Assembly (NCBI RefSeq): GCF_006345805.1
Contig: NC_043006.1
Location: 79,484,001 to 79,548,000 of the forward strand
Source of the DNA: Octopus sinensis
Lineage: Eukaryota
Direction: 5' to 3'
DNA length: 64,000 nucleotides
Positions 1 through 13,159 of this stretch are shown here, piece by piece. A program made the position numbers and the translations under genes. The stretch's first letter is position 1; each line of letters opens with the position of its first letter. The notes beneath the pieces were generated by a model. That model was not told the DNA's origin and searched no databases. It worked only from the letters and a program-made list of their open reading frames with translations.

Positions 1-419
1 AAATAAATTATGTCTTCATGTCTATTTATAATTTATGGTAGAATATTCCAGCAGTCTTTCATGTTTTTTGTTGTTAATTTATATATAACATAAAAATTCG
101 TTTGTATGATTAGATTTATAATGCTTTTTTTTTTAATATTTTTCTACTTTTCGCAGACATTGGATTGTGGTCATGCTGGAGCACAGCTTCAAAGGATTTA
201 GTCAAAGCAAATCAACCCCAGTACTTATTTTTTATGTCTGACACTTATTCTGTCAGTCCCTTTTATTGAACTGCTATGCTAATTCATAGGAATGTAAACA
301 AACCAACACTGTGTGTGTGCGTGTGTGTGTGTGTGTATACATATCAGCGTGACTTTGTGTTTGTGCTTTTTCCCCTGCAACACCACTTGAGAACCAGTGT
401 TGGTTTGTTTATATATATA

Positions 420-600
420 TACAAAATGGGACAAGAACGCAAAACATCCAGACAATTAGGTGATACAAAAAGGGACAACAAAACATCCAGATAGACGATA
501 CAAAGAAATCAAAGATGAGTCATTCGAAGATTTCTTTCTTCAGTCAAGCACCAGATTATCCTTGCAGTCTGGATGTTTTGCGTTCTTGTCCCATTTTGTA
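420..600. mobile_element. Second Penelope-like repeat with a 34-bp terminal inversion, in (TA)n; relative at ~62170-62290
   Basis: 420-453 and 567-600 are perfect reverse complements; internal CTGAAGAAAGAAATCTTCGAATGAC on the minus strand. Confidence 0.5.
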
Positions 601-1287
601 TTTTATATATTTATATATATATATAGCGGTGCATGTACAGTTTGTCCTCTTAGATATATATGTACACACACACATGTACACATATATATGTATGTATGCA
701 TGCATGATGAGCACTTCCATATGGTTTCTGTCTACCAAATTCACTTGCAAGACACTGGTTGACCTGGAGCTATAATAGTAGACGCTTGCCCAAGATGCCA
801 TGCAGTGGGACTGAACCCAAAACCGCATGTTGCAAAGCAAGCTTCCTAATCACACAGCCAAAAACAACAAAAAAACAAAACAATCATTATGGCCAAAGCC
901 ATCACTCACTAGCGAGTATAACTTGGCAGCATGTACCATGCTCTTGTTAATGGTTTTAGGTAATTGTATATTTGCAAGCAGACATGAGCACACTTATGGC
1001 CCTCCCGGGGGCCATAAATTTTAATAAGAAAATCATACATGGACCCCACCCCAGGGTCATATGGACTCGTCGATGCATTGGGACATCAAAAGCATGACAG
1101 CTAGAGGGAGGGAGGGTAACACCAGCATTTTCAACTGAGTACCAGCACCCAGCTGGTACCCATTTTCATCTGGGTAGACTAGACTAATATGAAATGAGGC
1201 TCAAGAATACAGTGTGCTGTCCATCTAGGAATTGAACTCATGATATTATGATCATAAGCCCAACAGTCTGATTACTTTCATTTAAAT

Positions 1288-2024
1288 CAGTGGTTCTCAA
1301 CAGGGGTCCATATGACCCTGGGGTGGGGTCCGTGTATGATTTTGTTGTTAAAATTTATGTGCAATAAACCGGTTATACTTCTACAATACATAAAAGATTT
1401 TAAGACCAATTTTATACAATTTCTAATGATATTTAGTGATGAAAAATATAACAGGATTTTTTAATACAATTCCCAAAAATATTTAATTATAAAAAAATAT
1501 AATAGAATTTTTTAAACATAGGCGCAGGAGTGGCTGTGTGGTAAGTAGCTTGCTAACCAACCACATGGTTCCGGGTTCAGTCCCACTGCGTGGCATCTTG
1601 GGCAAGTGTCTTCTGCTATAGCCTCGGGCCGACCAAAGCCTTGTGAGTGGATTTGGTAGACGGAAACTGAAAAAAGCCTGTCGTATATATGTATGTATAT
1701 GTATATATATATATGTGTATGTGTGTGTATATGTTTGTGTGTTTGTGTTTGTCCCTCTAGCATTGCTTGACAACTGGTGTGTTTACGTCCTCGTCACTTA
1801 GCGGTTCGGCAAAAGAGACCGATAGAATAAGTACTGGGCTTACAAAGAATAAGTCCCGGGGTTGATTTGCTCGACTAAAGGCGGTGCTCCAGCATGGCTG
1901 CAGTCAAATGACTGAAACGAGTAAAAGAGTAAAAGAGTATTGAATAGTTATGAGGAGGACCCTTCTGAGTAAAATAGGAATCAAAGGGGCCCATAGGTAA
2001 TAAAAAAATGGTTGAAAAACACTG
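1288..2024. mobile_element. hAT/Charlie-like MITE with nested SINE; second copy at 38853-39155
   Basis: TIRs CAGTGGTTCTCAAC and GGTTGAAAAACACTG. The second copy is flanked by atatagag and ttgtagag, a Charlie-type TAGA site. Confidence 0.7.
1521..1938 (+). mobile_element. tRNA-derived SINE family A (CORE-like, internal CA/TA microsatellite, GTAAAAGA tail); representative of about 20 copies
   Basis: A/B-box-like head, CORE-like cttgggcaagtgtctt, repeated tail. Other copies include 9915-10350(-), 13700-14290(-), 22770-23300(-), 30660-31057(+), 34990-35390(+), 38480-38795(-), 42570-43047(+), 58535-58910(-), 61960-62420(-). Confidence 0.85.
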
Positions 2025-3466
2025 ATTAACCCATTAGCACCCATGGTCCTTTTTTAGGATCAGAAGGATAATCCATCATATTTATGCAACACCTGTATTT
2101 TTCTGAGATGTCTTTAGTTAATCTTCAAGACTGGGAATGTTTTTCAAATATTGTAATAAAATTTTTTTTTTATATTTGGTATCAGATAAAGTTGTATAAG
2201 AAAAATATATTTGGCAATAAATTAGGTAAAAAAAAATGGGGCATTAATGGGCTAAAATAAACAGAGATACTTTTTTTTATACAAGAAACATTAAGCAAAA
2301 AAAAAGCAAAACATATTTCTTACATTTAGAGAATTCATGTCTGATGACCAAGATTAATGCGGACAATGAAAAGGGAGGCACTCCCCTTTGTTTTGTAGAA
2401 GAAATATAAGTAAATAACAGGAAACAGAAGAATCATTTCAAGATTCAAGATATCAGCTGCTGAGACAGTAATGTTAATAATGTATAATTTCTAAGACCTC
2501 TCTGAACTTAAACAATAGTCTTATCAGGAAGAAAACATACTGTAAGTTATAATTAATAGGTCATATACAATGGGCACAGGTCAGTTAACTCGTTGGTCAC
2601 CATTTTTCTTAGGAAATGCATACCAAATGTATTTCAATTAATTCTAAAGATAATCAAGAACTTGGAGAAGAATTTAGAGAAGTAGCTAATTTTTTTCATT
2701 ATTAAGTTGGTACTCTGGAGGCAAAACCTAATGATTCTCCCAGAATACCATAATGATGATGATGATAATAATAATAATAACAATAATAATAATAATAATA
2801 TACGCAAAATACTTTCTTTGTAATCTCAAGTTTTAAAACAAACATAATTTTCGTATGGTTTTTTAGGCATTCACTAGTACAACACTAAGTACAAAACCAA
2901 ATATATGGCACCCTCAGCATAACACCAACATGAACTTCCAACTTGTTGTCTCTTGAGGTCTCTGGGTGAGACTTGGAGCCAGCTTGTGCAAATGTAAAGC
3001 AAAAGTCAAGCATAGAATAATAATAATAATAATAATAATGACGACGACGATGATGATGATTTCAAATTTTGGCACAAGGCCAGCAATTTAAGGGGGCAGA
3101 GGTAAGTCAATTACATTAACCCTAGTACTCAACTGGTACTTATTTTATCGACCTCAAAAGAATGAAAGGTAAAGTCAACTTGGGCAGAATTTGAATCGAG
3201 AACATGAAGATGGATGAAATTCTGCTAAGCATTTTGGCCAGCATACAAGCAATTCTGCCTAAATGACTTAGAACCAGACCTAGAAATATATACTGGAGTA
3301 GATTTGTTCAAAGCAGTGCCCCAGCATGGCCACTGAAATAAGTAAGAGATAAAAGACAAAACAATATACACTGCCTTTGTTTTAATTAATTTTGAAAATA
3401 ATAATTCATTTTAGAAAAGTAACTGTCATTATTGAGCTGGTGTTTAAAGGCAGCAAGCTGGTAGAA

Positions 3467-3760
3467 TCATTCATCATCATCATTGTTCAACCATGGTCGA
3501 GACAATGGAATTTACCATGCTACGCCAGACTTCACGGTCCATCATGGCATTATGGAGGTCCTGTTGCTGGATGCCTGTATCCCTGGAGATTACATCAGGG
3601 TAGGAGAGTGCGTGCCCTCTGGTATTGCGAGTAGATGGCTTCCAGAGGAGAAGAGTAGAAATTACTTCTTTTTCAGCTCTACAACAATGTCCAGCAAATT
3701 GGACTCTCCTACCTTTCACAAGAGATGACACAGGTGGTAGTTTCCCATATATTTGCATTT
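3467..3760 (-). mobile_element. RTE/RTEX-like LINE 3' end
   Basis: RRVQFAGHCCRA...LLLWKP...LSYPDVISRDTG...MMDREVWR, then a stop and a (TGA)n tail. Confidence 0.8.
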
Positions 3761-4365
3761 TGGTTGCTTAGCAGTATTTCATCTGCCCCTACGTTCTGAG
3801 TTCAAATTTCGCTGAGGTCAACATTGCCTTTCATCTTTCCAGGGTTGATAAATTAAATACCAGTCAAGTACTGGGTTGAGGTAATCGACTGACCCCCACC
3901 CTTTAAATTTCAGGCCTTGTGCCTATTGTAAAAAGGATTGTTAAGTTGATGTTTAGACCATGAATTAACATGAAATTTTGAGATAAGTTTTTTTAATTAA
4001 ATCTCTTTACAAACAAGAAATATTTATCATGGAACCAAAAAATGGTCTGAGGCAGGTTGATGTCAAAAAGGTTAAATGCTGCAAGGCTTTTTCTCTGATG
4101 CTCTGAGTCTGCGAATCTAACTGCCTGAATGTCACCAGTTGTTGAGAATGGTAGCCAGAATGTCCAGAGTTTTGTAAATGTAGACAATGAAAGAAAGAGA
4201 AAGGAAGAAAGAAGCAAGCGGGAAGAATAGTTCTAAAAATGGAAAGAATAAATAAAATTTTGACTTCACTTCCTGTGGAAGTGAGCAATATAGTTTCAAT
4301 TAAGAATAGGCATACCCATACCATATATTTTATATATTGATGTAGATTTAAACATTTCTTTCTTA

Positions 4366-4407
<42 letters not shown>

Positions 4408-4599
4408 AAGAAAATGAGATGATAAAAGAATAAACAATCATCATATGAACTTCTTTGGCTTACAGCTGTTTCTGCTATAAGACACAGTGGAACCATAGGC
4501 GAGAGTGCCTGAGTAACACCTTATAGCTTCATTGGAGCAAAGTATACGTATATATATCTATATTATATAACTGTATTAAGTAATTTTCAGAAAGACTTT

Positions 4600-4635
<36 letters not shown>

Positions 4636-4639
<4 letters not shown>

Positions 4640-5001
4640 ATCCAAACATGAAAGATGAAAGCACAAAGAGAAAACACAACAATGCGAGGATGTGGAACAA
4701 GTATAGTGTTATTGGCCACTCAGGAAAGGAAAGAAAGAAGGAGGATTTAACGTTTTGAGTGGAGCTCTTCATCAGAAACATAGAAAAAGGTAAGGTCCAA
4801 GGAAGGGAAGACGGAGAAAGAAAATTGCCAATGATACACACATGGTCACATATTTTTCTATGTTTCTGATGAAGAGCTCCACTCAAAACGTTAAATCCTC
4901 CTTCTTTCTTTCCTTTCCTGAGTGGCCAATAACACTATACTTGTTCCACGTCCTCGCATTGTTGTGTTTTCTCTTTGTGCTTTCATCTTTCATGTTTGGA
5001 T

Positions 5002-5005
<4 letters not shown>
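4636..5005. mobile_element. Penelope-like terminal repeat with an inverted copy (153-bp arms, 64-nt spacer), inserted in (TA)n
   Basis: Arms 4636-4788 and 4853-5005 are reverse complements (152/153). Each carries CTGATGAAGAGCTCCACTCAAAACGTT. An unfolded family member lies at 24015-24210. Confidence 0.7.
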
Positions 5006-5036
<31 letters not shown>

Positions 5037-5726
5037 AAAGTCTTTCTGAAAATTACTTAATACAGTTTTTAAGTATAAAGGGGATCTTTTTTTTAAAAAG
5101 TTATAAAATCTTTTATCAGGATGTTACTAACCTTTTTGGAAGAAATTTTTTCCTAGTGTGTCCCAGTGTCCTAGTGTGCCCTATATATATATATATATAT
5201 AATATATATATATATACATACACACACACACACACACACAGAAAAAACTGAATTTGTGTTTCAAAATGCAATGGCCTTGCCAAGGAAACTTGCAGAAAAA
5301 GAGAATTTTAAAGTTTTAAATGTCTCTCATACCTACCCAGGCCTACAGAAATAGAACTTTTGAACAATTTGGTTATTTGGGTAGATTCTGGAGACATATC
5401 ACGGCCAAATACTGAGAAGTCTACAGTTAAGATCAACCACATATATATATATATATATAATGAAGGGTGAAATTAATTAATTTGGAAAAATTATCAATTA
5501 CACCAAGTAGTCTTCGGCATGTAAAAGCCTCATTCGAGGAAAATTTAAGTAATACTAAGCAATAAGGGTTTAGCAACGAATTGCCTTACCACATACCGAA
5601 TTTAGAAATAGCAGTCAAAGGGGTATAGCTATTTCTTCTACTAAAAAGGGAGATCTCAGTAAAAACAGCATTTGGAAGGCAGACACAACAGGTAAGAGAG
5701 AATGAATTGACTGTAATCTATCATAC

Positions 5727-5780
<54 letters not shown>

Positions 5781-6599
5781 ACGTCAGGGTCACCACTTTA
5801 GTGAGAGATGTCGCTAATGAAAATGTCAACACTTTAATAATTGAATCATTAATCCAATGGCTGTGAAATGCCTTTGGTGCAGTAAGTGACAGCAACACTC
5901 ATGTACTTATGTGAAAAACTTTGTGTCCAAGGTTTTATTCAGATGTATAACAAATGAACTCATACTGTGAGCACCCAATGTTCAATAAAGTTATCTGGGA
6001 TGAAGAAAAAGGTTCTGAACATCTTGACATGTTCCATGATGACAATGAGAAAACAGAAGGAATTCATACTGCAAAATTTACTTTCAGGCAGGCACTAGGC
6101 AGAGAATACCATAGTGAGTTGCTGGTAGGAAAGGATATTGAAATCCATGTGCCTAGCTCTCTCTCTCTCCAAAGTGGCCCTTGTTGTGTCGTAGAGAAAA
6201 AGAGAAAGTTTGATTGGAATACGCTCTTAAGAAGACAATATGTTTCTAACCTTCATCATCATCATCATCATCATCGTCACTTTAACATCCACTTTCCATG
6301 CTCACATGGGTTGGATGCAATTTGTTGAGGCAGATTTTTTATGGCCAGATGCCCTTCCTGTTGCCAAGCCTCACCTGTTGACTTGCAAAGTAATAAATAA
6401 GTTAATTTCTGAATAATGATAACAGTCACATGCATGGCTGTATGGTAAGAAGCTTTTTTTCCAACTGCATGGTTCCAGGTTCAGTCCCATTGTATGGCAA
6501 CCAAAGCCTTATGAGTGGATTTGGTAGGTGGAAGCTGAAAGAAGCCTATTGTATATGTATGTCATTATTCAGTTTTATTTCAAGATTTCTTATCAAAAG

Positions 6600-6985
6600 A
6601 GAAGGAACCAGTTTCTAACCTAGACCCAAGGCTTCTTCATTAGAATTTCGACAACATCAGAAGGGTATTTTAGTATGTATGTATATGAGCAGATTTGTAT
6701 GTTTTGTTTTATGTATACATATAGTTGCATATCTAGACATGCTCTTATATACTTAAATGATAAAACTTCTGGAAAGTTTTACAGATTTTTACGGTTCAAG
6801 TGATAGTTTGAATCTGTAGTCTTCAAATCAGCTTTCTCCTTTCTGATTTTGAGAAGCCTAATTTCTCAAGACTGGTATTTAGACAGTGTGTTACTAATCC
6901 TAGTGCCCCAATAATTACAGATATAAACCTGAATTTGTAATCTGGATAGAGTAACTGGAAATTCCTCAATAGTTCAGCATAAGTA
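6600..6985 (-). mobile_element. RLE-type (R4/Dong/NeSL-like) non-LTR retrotransposon 3' fragment
   Basis: YAELLRNFQLLYPDYKFRFISVIIGALGLV...LEKLGF resembles the C-terminal restriction-like endonuclease region. Confidence 0.65.
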
Positions 6986-8385
6986 TGTATGTATGTAAGT
7001 ATGTGTACGCATGCGTGTGTATCCATATATGTGAATGTGTGTGCATGTATGTGTGTGTGTGTGCACATGTGTATGCATATATTTGTGTGTGTGCCTTTGT
7101 GTATGTATTTGTTCCTCACCGCCACTTGACAACCGATGTTGGAGTGTTTAAGTCATCCTAACAACAACAGAGATGATGCTTATGATGATTATAATCAAAA
7201 TTCTTCTGTTTTATTTATTTATTTTCCAGTTATCAAATACAAAAACAATTTCGCGTTACAAAAAGGGTTTAGTTATTGTTTGAATTCATTGCCAGCATTG
7301 ATTTCATCAGACAACAAAAGGATAAAAGGCTATGTTGACCTCAGAAAAATTTTGAACTTTGAACCTTGAACTTTGAGCCAATAATGACAAAGTTAAATGC
7401 TGTAATGTATTAAGACCTCTCAACAATCTCAACAACAATGAAAATAGCAAATGGGATTAAGGGGAGTTAATCTAAACTACATATGCTATAACACATAATC
7501 CTCAATAAGTGGTTCAGTAGGGATAATCCCCAGTGAGGTCCTTCCCTAATAAGATTATATACAGCATATTACTAATTATTCCATTGAAAAAGGATTGAGA
7601 CAAAAAAAAAAATCGACAAAAAACAGAAATAGTCAATTACAAAAATAAAATAAGACATCAGCAATTAAACAATTATTTTTATCCCTTTTTTAAAAAATTG
7701 ATTATTTTTTTATCAAACATTCCTCTGTATTTGTCTTTTTTGATTGAATTAATGTTGGGTTAAACCAGTCTGCAAATTTCAACATTTGTGACAATTCTAG
7801 AAGAATTTTAATATTTCCTCACATTCTATGTGGTTTGAGTGAATTACACGCATTTGATCATCATGTGCTCTATGACTATATATCATATTACAGATACATA
7901 CTTACATATATGCATATATGTATATATTTATATATCCTACCTGACTGGCCCTCGTGCCAGTGTCACGTAAAAGCACCCACTACACTCTCAGAGTGGTTGG
8001 CATTAGGAAGGGCATCCAGCTGTAGAAACTTTGCCAGATCAGATTGAGTCTGGTGCAGCCTCTTGCTCACAAATCCTCAGTTAAACCATCCAACCCATGC
8101 CAGCATGGAAAGCGGACATTAAACGATGATCATGATGATGATGAAAAGGGTATTTATCCGTTTGTTACCAATGCACTCAAAAACTAGTAAATGAATCATG
8201 TTCAAACTTGGTATGAAAAGTCCTTAAACTCAGCTATAGGCTGTCCTCAACTTTGGAGCTATATTCTTTTGAGGGACAGGAGACAGTCCACATTCAATGG
8301 AAATTTGACTTGAAGTATAAAGATTTTATAAAACTTTATACCTTGTCAGAGGCTGTCTATTTTCTCTCTATTTACATACTTTGAT

Positions 8386-8773
8386 GGATGGAAGCACTCC
8401 GTCGGTTTCGACGACGAGGGTTCTGGTTGATCCGATCAACGGAACAGCCTGCTCGTGAAATTAACGTGTAAGTGGCTGAGCACTCCACAGACACGTGTAC
8501 CCTTAACGTAGTTCTCGGGGATATTCAGCGTGACACAGAGAGTGACAAGGCCGGCCCTTTGAAATACAGGTACAACAGAAACAGGAAGTAAGAGTGAGAG
8601 AAAGTTGTGGTGAAAGAGTACAGCAGGGATCACCACCATCCCCTGCCGGAGCCTCGTGGAGCTTTTAGGTGTTTTCGCTCAATAAACACTCACAACGCCC
8701 GGTCTGGGAATCGAAACCGCGATCCTATGACCGCGAGTCCGCTGCCCTAACCACTGGGCCATTGCGCCTCCAC
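8386..8773 (-). mobile_element. tRNA-derived SINE family C, young full-length copy
   Basis: Head GTGGAGGCGCAATGGCCCAGTGGTTAGGGCAGCGGACTCGCGG...GTTTCGATTCCC; 12-bp target-site duplication ACATACTTTGAT. Relatives at 14690-15010, 19660-19840 and 27183-27463. Confidence 0.85.
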
Positions 8774-9125
8774 ACATACTTTGATATTACAATGCTAAAT
8801 TCAAATTCATTGGTACTCTTGAGTACCAACGAATTTGAATCAATCTGTTTTGAGCCATACACACACACACACATACCTTTCATCCTCTGACATAAGTTCC
8901 CCTCCTCAAATGCCCCTGCCTCTCTCATAATTCCTTGTGTTGCAAGTTATTTGGTTAACCTGCCAGTGCTGGTGTCATGCTAAAAGTATCCAGTCCACAC
9001 TGTAACATGGTTGGCGTTTGGAAGGGCATCCAGCTGTAAAAATCATGCAAACACTAACCTCACCTGTGCTAGCGCCATATAAAAAGCACTGAGTCCACTC
9101 TGCAGAGTGGTTGGTGTTAGGAAGG

Positions 9126-9574
9126 ATCACGTCAGGGTCACCAATTGTAACAGGATGAGAGGTCCCCGCACTGGATTGGTGCAGCTCGCATCCTTTACAT
9201 TAAAAATATTAATCGAAGGAAAGAGTCAAGACTTCTGATTAACTTCAACAGTATAAATATTTATTTCTTGATTCGCAATATATACATTCTTCTTTCTGGG
9301 TGAATCGGCAGCCTAGGAGCTTATCGCAGTAGTCAAGTGGAGTGAGCCAAATCCTGTCTGTTCAAGCATAGCGGAGATATGCCACGAGGTATTAGCTTGA
9401 GAGAGCTGATAAAACATGACTGTCTTGTTTAGCTGCCGGCATTCGAGAGAACGATACGAGGGAATTTCGCTGCTGCTAGTTTTCTGTGCATGCGCATGAG
9501 GGAACTTCCAGCAGGCCTCCCGGAAGAATCCAACTCTGCATATGTGTGCTGGAGATTTCCAAGATAGCATCACA
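9126..9574 (-). mobile_element. LTR (~430 bp, TG...CA) followed by an 18-nt tRNA-Trp primer-binding site
   Basis: Minus strand TGTGATG...TGTTACA, a 2-nt spacer, then TGGTGACCCTGACGTGAT. This is complementary, with 1 mismatch, to the metazoan tRNA-Trp 3' end AUCACGUCGGGGUCACCA (recalled). The LTR 5' boundary is approximate. Confidence 0.7.
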
Positions 9575-9598
9575 ACAAATCCTTCCCAAAACAGACAC

Positions 9599-10156
9599 CA
9601 AGGCTGGATTAAAACTCATAGAATCCCTAAGCACTTAGAAGGTTTTGGTACCTTCAAGTATATGTAAATGTTTCAAAATGTAAACAAAAGTTATTCAAAA
9701 TGTAAACAATAATAAACCATAAAGTATATCTTTATTTTTCAAAACAAAACAAAATTCACAGTAAGATGGAAAATAGTGTTTATTTTTGTATGCTTCCACT
9801 TTATTTATATTTGAAAAGTTTTCTTCATTTTTTTTTTATTGCAAAGTCTTCGATGATGTCATTAAAATTAATTTTACATAAAACTTCTGCTTCTATACTT
9901 AGCAGAGATAAGGCATTACTCTTTTACTCGTTCCAGTCATGTGACTGCGGCCATGCTGGAGCACCACCTTTAGTCAAGCAAATTGCCCCCAGGACTTATA
10001 TTTTGTAAGCCTAGTACTTATTTTATTGGTCTCTTTTGCTGAACCACTAAGTTACAGGGGACATAACTTAGTGGTTACAAACCAGCATCGGTTGTCAAGC
10101 GATGTTGGGGGGGTGCAAACACAGACACACAAACATATATACACACACATACATGC

Positions 10157-10193
<37 letters not shown>

Positions 10194-10488
10194 TATATAC
10201 GACGGGCTTCTTTCTACCAAATCCACTCACAAGGCTTTGGTCGACCCGAGGCTATAGTGGAAGACACTTGCCCAAGGTGCCACTCAGTGGGACTGAACCC
10301 GGAACCATGTGGTTCGTAAGCAAGCTACTTACAACACAGCCCCTCCTATGCATTGTGAATGTTATTTTAGCAAGTTTAAAGTGATTTCTATCCTGCTGTA
10401 AACCATTTTCATTTCTATGGTCCCCCCCCCCCCGTCCCTTGATGCCCTAAGCACATTTTTATTTTACTTAATGGTTAATCCAGCTCTG
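9599..10488. mobile_element. hAT-type MITE with a nested SINE
   Basis: TIRs CAAGGCTGGATTAA and TTAATCCAGCTCTG; perfect 8-bp target-site duplication ACAGACAC; SINE inserted at about 9915-10350. Confidence 0.8.
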
Positions 10489-11220
10489 ACAGACACAGCA
10501 GCCTAGGGTAATTTTTATACCTGGCCAACTCCTGTTAACTGTCCTACCTATGTATGCATTGAAGATGGACATTAAACAATGATGATGATGATGAATTTTC
10601 TACACTTTTGCAGAAATGTCTTGTCTCATTTGCATCCCTTTTCTCTTCTTTTCCTTACATCTTTTACAGTCAATGGACTGCATATTATGCTTAAATTACC
10701 TCATAAACACACATAAATTAAAAGTACACAATTCAGTAACAAAGGCTTTGATCATTAATTAAAACGAAGTCAACAATTACGATGTATATAGTGCTTAATC
10801 CTCAATAAATAATCTTTTTTGTGAAAAAAAAATCCTTGATTCACTTAGTTGAAGCTATCAATTAATGTCTCTTAATCTGGATTACAAAGTCTATATAAAC
10901 TGCATATATATGTATGCATGTATGTATGTATGTGTGTGTGTGTGTGTTTGTGCCTGTGTATGTAAGTAGGTATATATGAGCGTGTGTGTGTGTGTGTGTG
11001 TGTACCTGTGTATGTAAGTATGTATATGAGTGTGTGTATTTAGTTCCATCCTTTCAGATTACGATTTCAAATTCCTTTGACATTGACTGTGTGGGACATC
11101 TTTCTGACGTTGATAAACATAAATACTAGTTGCTGTTTAGTTTCAGGATAACCTTGGCCTTTGGATGCTTTGCACTGAATTCACTCTTTTCTGTATGTGT
11201 TTTCATGTGTGTATGTGTAA

Positions 11221-11287
<67 letters not shown>

Positions 11288-11629
11288 TACATACATACAT
11301 ACATACATACATACATACATACATACATACATACATACATACATACATACATACATACATACATACATACATACATGCCTACCTACCTACCTACCTACCT
11401 ACCTACCTATATATATTTTTCACTCCTGAACTGAAATAGACTCCCAGCCTCTGTATCATGAATGGTTATGTGGACCACTCCTAACAAAAGCCAGGTTTTC
11501 CTTCGACCACTACATAAAAAGTATTAAGAAAAAATGTTACTTAGATATACTTTTATTTTAGTTATTTACACTATTTTACACTCGTTTATATTCTTATACA
11601 TTCAAAGTTCACAAATTTCCTTATTTAAA

Positions 11630-12020
11630 TTATGAATTATATTCCTTTCGATAATATCAATATGATTACAAAACTTGTTTGTAGACAATATTTTATTGTT
11701 TGGTTGACACTAATTTTCAAATTACCAGAGTCTGTTGTTCTACTCATAGCAATGTATAACTTGCCGTGTGTAAACATCAGAGTGGGTAAAAATATACCTA
11801 CACAATCTAAAGTCTGGTCCTGTGCCTTGTTTGCTGTGGATGAGCAAACAGAATCTTTAGGTTGCAAAAAATCAAACTAAGACTTACTTCTCACTGTTCT
11901 ATGCGAATAATGTCTGGATGTTTTGGTACCATGGGTTATTTTGATTGACAAAGCTGAGATCTAAACAACAGCTGCTTCGATTAGCTGATTTGAATCCTGC
12001 TCAAGACTGACACACTTCAA
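11630..12020 (-). mobile_element. Helitron PIF1-like helicase C-terminal fragment
   Basis: TANKAQDQTLDCVGIFLP...FTHGKLYIAMSRTT is a decayed form of TINKSQGQTLxxVGxxL...FxHGQLYVAxSRV. Confidence 0.85.
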
Positions 12021-12089
12021 TAACCACTAAATAATCACACACACTATATACTGATACACACTTTTTCCATTTTATTTTCACTATTAATT

Positions 12090-12730
12090 GTCCTCGTGAC
12101 CCTCTTCGTATCTATAATGGGGCCACGGTGAATTTTTAATAAAAGTGTGAAGGTGGTTTATCAATTCAAAAATCAATATCCACAAAATAATCATACTTTC
12201 TGAATTTTTAATGCTAAAAACCTTCCTGACGACCAGCTTTGTGATTCTGAAAAATATCATAACCATTGGTCTGGCCATCTGGCTGTGAAGAGGGAACAGA
12301 CAAAGAGATGGACACACAGACAGATGGACATAACACCCATTATAGTAAGATAGCAAACCTGCCCATCTACGATGGGAAATAAAGGGATAGTATTGCAAAT
12401 CTAAACCCTCTAATTTCATGAACTACATTGGTTGGGGAGGAGAAATCCAGAGTTAATGCTCATCGCTGGAATTTGAACATAAAAATCAAAGGTGATTTAT
12501 TTATACAAAACTCAATATCCACAAAAAATTCATACTTTTTCAGCTTTTTTTTTTTTGCTAAACACCTTCCAGATTACCTCCTTCATAATTCCAAGAAACA
12601 TCTTGACCATTGGTCCAGCCATTTGACCATGAAGAGGGAACAGACAGACAGATAGACATAACACCCATGATGAGTGAAATATTACGAAAAATATTTTAAA
12701 AACTTTTGTAGCATCAAAATTAAATTTCAC
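12090..12730. repeat. Two diverged direct copies (~12150-12350 and ~12500-12680) of a Helitron/Helentron-like non-coding repeat next to the helicase fragment
   Basis: Both copies share aaaatcaatatccacaaaa...accattggtc...gaagagggaacagaca...gacataacacccat. Confidence 0.55.
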
Positions 12731-13106
12731 TTCAGACAGATTTAAGCTTAGAATTTAAATGTATGAAACTAAATATTGCACAGACATATAGTTAATTGGT
12801 TTACCGTTTCTTGTAGTATCTGCATTCTATTGATATGAAACTATAATTTCAAATACAGAATGATCATCATCCTCCTCCTCATCATCATCATCATCCTTTA
12901 ATGTCCACTTGTCCATGTTTGTCTGAGTCAGACAGAATTTATTGAAGCAAAATGTCTGCAACCAGATGCCCTTCCTGTTGCTAACCCCCACACGTTTCTA
13001 AGCAAGGTGATATTTCAATATAGCCTGACATATATGGAAATAAACATCATAATGTGAAGACAAGAGTAAACACATACACACACACAAACAAATACAAACA
13101 CACACA

Positions 13107-13159
<53 letters not shown>

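Noticed and set aside
2330-2700. Exon pair around a 71-nt GTAAGT…TTAG intron-like segment (2542-2612)
   Set aside because: Stops in all frames upstream; no coherent ORF could be built.
5954-6328. 124-aa ORF MNSYCEHPMFNK…
   Set aside because: In-frame stop just upstream, no usable splice sites, runs into a CAT repeat, no recognisable motif. May be LTR-related sequence next to the orphan PBS.
8700-8773. tRNA gene
   Set aside because: It is the tRNA-like head of a SINE with a body, tail and target-site duplication; the same applies to the other A/B-box heads.
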